Shown one piece after another: positions 8,140 to 12,954 of a stretch of DNA of 12,954 nucleotides. The translations under genes were made by a program, and so were the position numbers. The notes beneath the pieces were generated by a model. The model was not told the origin of the DNA, did no database searches, and was given only the letters and a program-made list of their open reading frames with translations. This DNA comes from a virus (lineage: Duplodnaviria > Heunggongvirae > Uroviricota > Caudoviricetes). Within the stretch, counting starts at the first letter, position 1. Each line of letters begins with the position of its first letter. Location: IMG/VR virus record IMGVR_UViG_648276648_000008, one strand, 5' to 3'.

Positions 8140-9569
8140 GTAAAACAACACCGACTAAAGACAGTATTCGTGCAGAGTTTGAAGAGCTTGTCGAGAAAGA
8201 TTCATTCTGGTCGAAGTTTGTCGGCTCTCAATTTGTCTCGATGCTGACATTGTTTATTACCCAGATTGTCTACAGGTGCTTTCAGTATGCCGATGCGGCG
8301 CTGGCTGAAGGCTTTATATCGACCGCGACGCGGCGTTCCTCTATCCTGGCAGCGGCAGAAACGAATAGTTACGTTGGTACCAAGCCAACACCGTCATCGG
8401 GGATGATTGAGATCACCGCCACAAGTGAAGATGCTCCAGCGGTAATCCCCAAAAACATGCCTTTAATATCTGACGACCAGTACCCTTACATAACTATGGA
8501 TGTATGCAGGTTGGTTGACGGCACCGGTACGGTAGAAGTGGCACAGTTGGAAATCCAGGAGGTGACATATACCGTTACGGCAGCCAAAGAATTTCTGGAA
8601 GTCGTGTTATCAAAGGCTCTCACTGCTGTCTGCTATAAGCTGGAAGTATTCGTGACGACCGATGGTAAGACCACGCAGTGGTCTTCCAGCACTATGTTCC
8701 GGTTAGCTGGTAGTAAAAGCCAGGTCTACGTTGAGTTTTATAAACCATCCGAGCAGTTGGGGGTTCGATTCGGTGATGGGCTAATTGGGCAAATACCGCC
8801 AGAAGGCTCGACCATTACACTTAAGGTATGGTGCACCAACGGAGATATAACCTTGGTTGCTGGCCAAAATCTGACGCCTGTCGATTCTGCGGCTAATTTA
8901 GCTAATTTGATTTCAGTTAAGACAACGACACCCATAACCGCAGGTACCGATGCCGAAACAACGGAGATCACACGTAATCGTGCACAATATTACCTTGCCT
9001 ATGATGATCAGGTCGTATGGGGCGGGGACTATACGTATTTTCTGGTGCGTAACATCCCGGGACTGTCCTGGGTAAAGGCATGGGGCGAAGGCCAGCAAGA
9101 GAAATTAGATGGTGCTTATAATGTTCGGAATATCAATAAGATATTTATTTCAGGATGGCATCCAAACAAAAGCCAGTCAGAGCTTGAAGAAATGATCCTG
9201 GCTGCCTTTAAGAAGGTGCCGAATGAGTTGAACAAGAAATTCTCGTATAAAGAGGTCAGAAAACTACCCTTTAAGATCACCATCACCGGGCGGATATCGG
9301 CAAGCCTGACCATTGAGAACGTGACTGATGAGCTGAAGTCGGCACTGGAAACAAAATTTGGGCGTGACTCAACTTTCTTTGATCCGAACCGTGTTGGCAA
9401 GTACATCCTAATCAAGAAAAAAGACGTTTGGGCATTTATCGAAACGCTGGGTTATTTCCGCGACTTTTATCTGGAATTTGTCGAGTGGAATGAGTCCAAC
9501 GGCTTTTACGATTTCGTTTATCTGGATACAGAAAACTCCACCTTTAATATTTCGTATGAGGAGGAGTGA
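8136..9569 (+). CDS. bplA: Baseplate J-like protein (T4 gp6 / Mu gp47 / P2 gpJ family; P1 BplA-like)
   Basis: 477-aa ORF; ATG overlaps upstream stop (ATGA at 8136..8139). N-terminal region SIRAEFEELVEKDSFWSKFVGSQFVSMLTLF...AALAEGFISTATRRSSILAAAETNSYVGTKPTPSSGMIEITA resembles the start of Baseplate_J proteins. Follows a gp25-like gene as in contractile-tail baseplate operons. Confidence 0.75.
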   Translation: MSKTTPTKDSIRAEFEELVEKDSFWSKFVGSQFVSMLTLFITQIVYRCFQYADAALAEGFISTATRRSSILAAAETNSYVGTKPTPSSGMIEITATSEDAPAVIPKNMPLISDDQYPYITMDVCRLVDGTGTVEVAQLEIQEVTYTVTAAKEFLEVVLSKALTAVCYKLEVFVTTDGKTTQWSSSTMFRLAGSKSQVYVEFYKPSEQLGVRFGDGLIGQIPPEGSTITLKVWCTNGDITLVAGQNLTPVDSAANLANLISVKTTTPITAGTDAETTEITRNRAQYYLAYDDQVVWGGDYTYFLVRNIPGLSWVKAWGEGQQEKLDGAYNVRNINKIFISGWHPNKSQSELEEMILAAFKKVPNELNKKFSYKEVRKLPFKITITGRISASLTIENVTDELKSALETKFGRDSTFFDPNRVGKYILIKKKDVWAFIETLGYFRDFYLEFVEWNESNGFYDFVYLDTENSTFNISYEEE

Positions 9570-10405
9570 TGCAGCGTTCCTGGTTTAATAACCGGCTTAC
9601 ATCAGCTAAGCAAAAGTCATTGCTCTATAAATCATTGGCTGATTTGGTTCAGTCAATGATGGATACCTTTGTTGACCCATGGTTGGAGCGAATTACCAAC
9701 CGGAAGTCTATTTTTTCCATGAGCAAGGAGGATCTGGAGACCAGGACAAATGAACTTGGCCAGTTCTTTACTATCAGAACGTCGAACTCATCTTCCGTTC
9801 CGATGTTGTTACAACAGCGTCTTGATGAGATTCACTTTAAGGGGACTGAACGCCCTATAAACCAGACAATTTACCGCGAATTTAACGGTATTTCTGTTTT
9901 ATGGGATCCGATATATGCACCGGTGGACCTTGAGCGTCATCCCTATGGCACGGTTCTAATACCTGAAAGCACACTGGAGACTACCGGCGGCACATTCGGC
10001 GAGATGTTTCTGACTTCCAGAGGGATGATCAGTATTCCCATAAACGACCTGGCCCGGACAATGGGGATTACTGGCACGATAGATCAGTCCGCAATTACAG
10101 AAGAAATTCTCAGAAAGTTTAATCAGTTCGTAAAGCCTCTACTGCCACTGCATATAGTGTTTGATGGGCTTACGCTCTATTTGTCGGTTGTTGTAAATGA
10201 ACACGCCGACATGATCACTTTGAACGAGATTTCTGATACCGAAAAAGCGTACTGCTGGTTTGAAACTTCGGATACAACTTCGCTTACTGGAGTTACGTCG
10301 ATTAGCGCTCCGATCACTGCAACGCCGGGCGGCACTATTGTGAAAGCAACGCCTACGTTTGATCGCACCCGCGCAGATGATTTGCTGCTGGATAGTGATG
10401 CCTGA
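9569..10405 (+). CDS. Baseplate / tail protein (P2 gpI / Mu gp48 position; P1 gene 16 position by synteny)
   Basis: ATG at 9569..9571 overlaps upstream TGA (9567..9569), preceded by GAGGAGG (9558..9564). The ORF track's 9566 start is GTG. About 278 aa. Assigned by position after the J-like gene; no motif recognised. Confidence 0.7.
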   Translation: MQRSWFNNRLTSAKQKSLLYKSLADLVQSMMDTFVDPWLERITNRKSIFSMSKEDLETRTNELGQFFTIRTSNSSSVPMLLQQRLDEIHFKGTERPINQTIYREFNGISVLWDPIYAPVDLERHPYGTVLIPESTLETTGGTFGEMFLTSRGMISIPINDLARTMGITGTIDQSAITEEILRKFNQFVKPLLPLHIVFDGLTLYLSVVVNEHADMITLNEISDTEKAYCWFETSDTTSLTGVTSISAPITATPGGTIVKATPTFDRTRADDLLLDSDA

Positions 10406-10408
10406 TAA

Positions 10409-10433
10409 TCACCCCGTCCGCAGGGCGGGGTGA
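10409..10433 (+). terminator. GC-rich stem-loop (TCACCCCGTCC-GCA-GGGCGGGGTGA) 4 bp after the stop; possible terminator or mRNA stabiliser
   Basis: 11-bp stem with one G-U pair and a 3-nt loop, read from the sequence. Downstream is only moderately T-rich (TTACTTATCTT), so at best a weak or partial intrinsic terminator. Confidence 0.3.
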
Positions 10434-10483
10434 CAAGTTACTTATCTTACAATGAGGCTTCACAACATTGATTAGGGAAAATC

Positions 10484-10918
10484 ATGTCTGACGTCTCAAC
10501 AAACCTCTATAAGAGTCAGTTGTTGGACTATTACTATCAGCGGCGCGCTGAATCGTCCATTAACAAAGGCTCTCGATTTTTAATCAGCAAGGCCGTTTTC
10601 GGTACCAGTTCGCTGGTTACTAAGAAAGGAGATGGCACTTATGAGATTGGAGAACTGCCAAAGGCTTTCGAACTGGCAGAACTGACCAGTCAATTTTGCA
10701 CCATCAACCTCGTCCCAACCTACTCAGGCGGGATAATTACTGTCCGAATGGACCTTGATCAAAGCCAGTTGCAGGAAGGGAAAAACTACCCATTCAACAC
10801 TCTGGTTGTTCTGGATAACGAGAACAAGCCAATCGCCATTATTTGTGTCCAGGAAGACTCGCTGTATGTGGGCAAAACATATACCGCAGTTATGGCCATA
10901 AACACGACTACAGCATAA
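10484..10918 (+). CDS. Small tail-fibre-associated protein (P1 gene R position by synteny)
   Basis: 144-aa ORF, AGGGA RBS upstream, stop TAA at 10916..10918 followed 11 bp later by the fibre gene. Function inferred from position only. Confidence 0.65.
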   Translation: MSDVSTNLYKSQLLDYYYQRRAESSINKGSRFLISKAVFGTSSLVTKKGDGTYEIGELPKAFELAELTSQFCTINLVPTYSGGIITVRMDLDQSQLQEGKNYPFNTLVVLDNENKPIAIICVQEDSLYVGKTYTAVMAINTTTA

Positions 10919-10929
10919 GGATATGCTTG

Positions 10930-12954
10930 ATGAATGACGTTACAGTTGTTACATCGGTTACTTACCCATCATCCGAGTCGTTGGCTCTGGTGGCCGATGT
11001 GCAATACCACGAACCATATCTGTCAGCCGCGCTAAACCGAAAATTCAGGGGGATTGTTGACCCGGGATTTTATGCCGGTTTCTTACCTAAGCCTGGCGGT
11101 GGGATGAACCTGTTAATTACCTCAGTGGATGGTGATAAAACCGCAGGCGCGGCGTCGGTGGATATTGGTGAATTTTACCAGGTAACTATTCAGCAACGTA
11201 AGGATATTTCTCTTGCACTTAGTGCAGGCAAGAAATATGCAATTGTGCTGAAGGGAAGATACCTCCTTGGAGAAGATACCTACCAGGTGAATACCGCGTC
11301 ACATATTCATGCGGCTGAATTTGTTGCCAGAACCTATACCGATTCATATCAGTTAGGAGATGGGGAGCTGCTTGTTTGTACGGTGAATATCCCTGCTAGT
11401 GTATCTGCCATTACCCAGGAGATGATTGATACATCCGAGCGTATCAACCGCTCGATCGGCATTGATATTTCAGACTCTGTAACCAGTACCAGAAGTGATG
11501 TTGCTGCAAGTTCGCTGGCAGTTAAAAAAGCCTACGATCTGGCGAAAAGCAAGTATACGGCACAGGATGCAAGCACAACGCAAAAGGGATTAGTTCAGCT
11601 CAGTAGCGCAACTAACAGCGACAGCGAAACAATGGCGGCTACCCCTAAAGCTGTTAAGTCTATAAAAGATCTGGCTGATACCAAAGCGCCAATAGAAAGC
11701 CCGAGTCTGACAGGAACGCCAACCGCGCCGACGGCAGCGCAAGGTACAAATAGCACGCAGATCGCAAATACAGCCTTTGTTAAGGCAGCTATAACGGCAC
11801 TTATCAACGGTGCACCTGGCACACTGGATACGCTTAAAGAAATAGCTGCTGCGATCAATAACGACCCGAATTTCAGCACAACTATCAACAATGCTCTGGC
11901 TCTTAAAGCTCCTTTAGCAAGTCCTGCATTAACGGGAATACCTACTGCGCCTACCGCTGCACAGGGTACGAATAACACGCAGATCGCAAATACAGCCTTT
12001 GTTAAGGCAGCTATAACTGCACTTATCAACGGTGCGCCTGGCACACTGGATACGCTTAAAGAAATAGCTGCTGCGATCAATAACGACCCGAATTACAGCA
12101 CAACTATCAACAATGCCTTGGCTCTCAAAGCGCCTTTGGCAAGCCCTGCATTAACGGGTGTCCCTACTGCGCCTACCGCTGCACAGGGTACGAATAACAC
12201 GCAGATTGCTACGACCGCTTATGTAAGAGCTGCCATATCCGCATTGGTTGGTTCATCACCAGAAGCTCTTGATACCCTGAATGAGCTTGCCGCAGCACTT
12301 GGCAATGACCCGAACTTTGCGACAACAATGACAAATGCGCTGGCAGGCAAACAGCCTCTGGATGCAACTTTAACCGCTCTCGCTGCCCTTGCGACTGGTG
12401 CAAACAAACTGCCTTATTTCACTGGTAAGGATACGGTAGCTCAGACTGATTTAACGTCAGTCGGTCGCGATATTCTGGCTAAAACAAGCACACTGGCCGT
12501 TATCCAATACCTTGGTTTAAGAGAACTCGGTACCAGCGGTGAAAAGATCCCCCTGTTGAGCACGGCTAACACATGGAGTGCGCGCCAGACTTTCAACGGC
12601 GGGATCACCGGGGCACTGACAGGGAACGCCGACACCGCGACGAAATTGAAAACAGCCATAAACATTAATGGCGTCAGGTTCGATGGTTCTGGTGACATTA
12701 ATATCAATACTCTGGTATCGCGCGGTCGCGTAACGGCCTTGGAGGCGAATGCACAGGGAACATCTGGGATTCAGCTGTATGAGGCATACAACAATGGCTA
12801 CCCTTCCCCCTATGGCAATGTGCTTCACCTTAAAGGTGCCACCGCTGCTGGCGAAGGTGAGTTATTCATTGGCTGGAGTGGCACGAGCGGTGCCCATGCG
12901 CCCGTACATATCCGTTCGCGGCGGGATACTGATTCTGCCAACTGGTCTGAATGG
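10930..12954 (+). CDS. S: Tail fibre protein, N-terminal >=675 codons (P1 S / Mu S / P2 H / lambda Stf family); continues past window end
   Basis: AAGGA RBS 8 nt before ATG 10930; frame open to the window end, checked by hand translation. Hallmark fibre blocks: TQKGLVQLSSATNSDSETMAATPKAVK, PSLTGTPTAPTAAQGTNSTQIANTAFV, ALDTLNELAAALGNDPNFATTMTNALAGKQP, LPYFTGKDT...VGRDILAK. Absent from the ORF track because there is no stop in the window. Confidence 0.9.
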   Translation, partial: MNDVTVVTSVTYPSSESLALVADVQYHEPYLSAALNRKFRGIVDPGFYAGFLPKPGGGMNLLITSVDGDKTAGAASVDIGEFYQVTIQQRKDISLALSAGKKYAIVLKGRYLLGEDTYQVNTASHIHAAEFVARTYTDSYQLGDGELLVCTVNIPASVSAITQEMIDTSERINRSIGIDISDSVTSTRSDVAASSLAVKKAYDLAKSKYTAQDASTTQKGLVQLSSATNSDSETMAATPKAVKSIKDLADTKAPIESPSLTGTPTAPTAAQGTNSTQIANTAFVKAAITALINGAPGTLDTLKEIAAAINNDPNFSTTINNALALKAPLASPALTGIPTAPTAAQGTNNTQIANTAFVKAAITALINGAPGTLDTLKEIAAAINNDPNYSTTINNALALKAPLASPALTGVPTAPTAAQGTNNTQIATTAYVRAAISALVGSSPEALDTLNELAAALGNDPNFATTMTNALAGKQPLDATLTALAALATGANKLPYFTGKDTVAQTDLTSVGRDILAKTSTLAVIQYLGLRELGTSGEKIPLLSTANTWSARQTFNGGITGALTGNADTATKLKTAININGVRFDGSGDININTLVSRGRVTALEANAQGTSGIQLYEAYNNGYPSPYGNVLHLKGATAAGEGELFIGWSGTSGAHAPVHIRSRRDTDSANWSEW
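11701..12366 (+). repeat. Three in-frame tandem copies of a 222-bp (74-codon) unit within the tail-fibre gene; copies 1 and 2 near-identical, copy 3 diverged
   Basis: Unit starts at 11701, 11923 and 12145. Anchor ATCGCAAATACAGCCTTTGTTAAGGCAGCTATA at 11761 recurs at 11983, and copy 3 has the diverged equivalent (ATTGCTACGACCGCTTATGTAAGAGCT) from 12205. Each unit encodes P(S/A)LTG.PTAPTAAQGTN.TQIA.TAF(V)...NDPN(F/Y)..T..NALA.K.PL. Confidence 0.85.
12500..12525. promoter_or_regulatory. Candidate DNA-invertase crossover site (cix/gix/hix-like): TTATCCAATACC-TT-GGTTTAAGAGAA
   Basis: 26 bp with two imperfect 12-bp inverted half-sites (8 of 12 symmetric) around a 2-bp core, with the ACC..GGTTT core-proximal pattern seen in Gin/Hin/Cin sites as I recall them. 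Lies in the fibre gene just after the conserved VGRDILAK block, where Mu and P1 fibres switch from constant to invertible variable part. Confidence 0.55.

Noticed and set aside
11595-12080. Minus-strand 161-aa ORF with an internally duplicated sequence
   Set aside because: Antisense to the tail-fibre gene; the duplication is the shadow of the 222-bp tandem repeat. The plus strand carries the conserved fibre motifs.
12209-12828. Minus-strand ORFs 12209..12403, 12219..12407, 12441..12707 and 12517..12828
   Set aside because: All antisense to the continuous tail-fibre reading frame, which has a clear family signature and runs to the window end.

Overview
The window appears to be part of a P1-like phage or phage-plasmid, judged from gene order and protein motifs only (no searches run). 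It opens with the left ~450 bp of an IS26 copy (minus strand, transposase truncated by the window edge). Next is ~620 bp of noncoding DNA, the last ~350 bp strongly AT-rich. An AT-rich two-gene cassette follows (1083..2138): an outer-membrane lipoprotein with a glycine-zipper, then a signal-peptide coiled-coil protein 3 bp downstream. The rest (2219..12954, all plus strand) is a contractile-tail/baseplate module: unknown virion protein, gp19-like tail tube, Cys-containing unknown protein, a 1132-aa tape-measure-like protein with a lytic transglycosylase domain (P1 Sit-like), gp25/GPW-like wedge, Baseplate-J-like protein, a further baseplate-position protein, a 144-aa protein, and a tail fibre running off the window end. 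The fibre carries three tandem 222-bp repeats and a 26-bp site resembling a Cin/Gin/Hin invertase crossover site at the constant/variable junction. The most interesting candidate for an undescribed system is the lipoprotein + coiled-coil pair beside the tail genes, possibly superinfection exclusion. No rRNA, tRNA or CRISPR array was seen.
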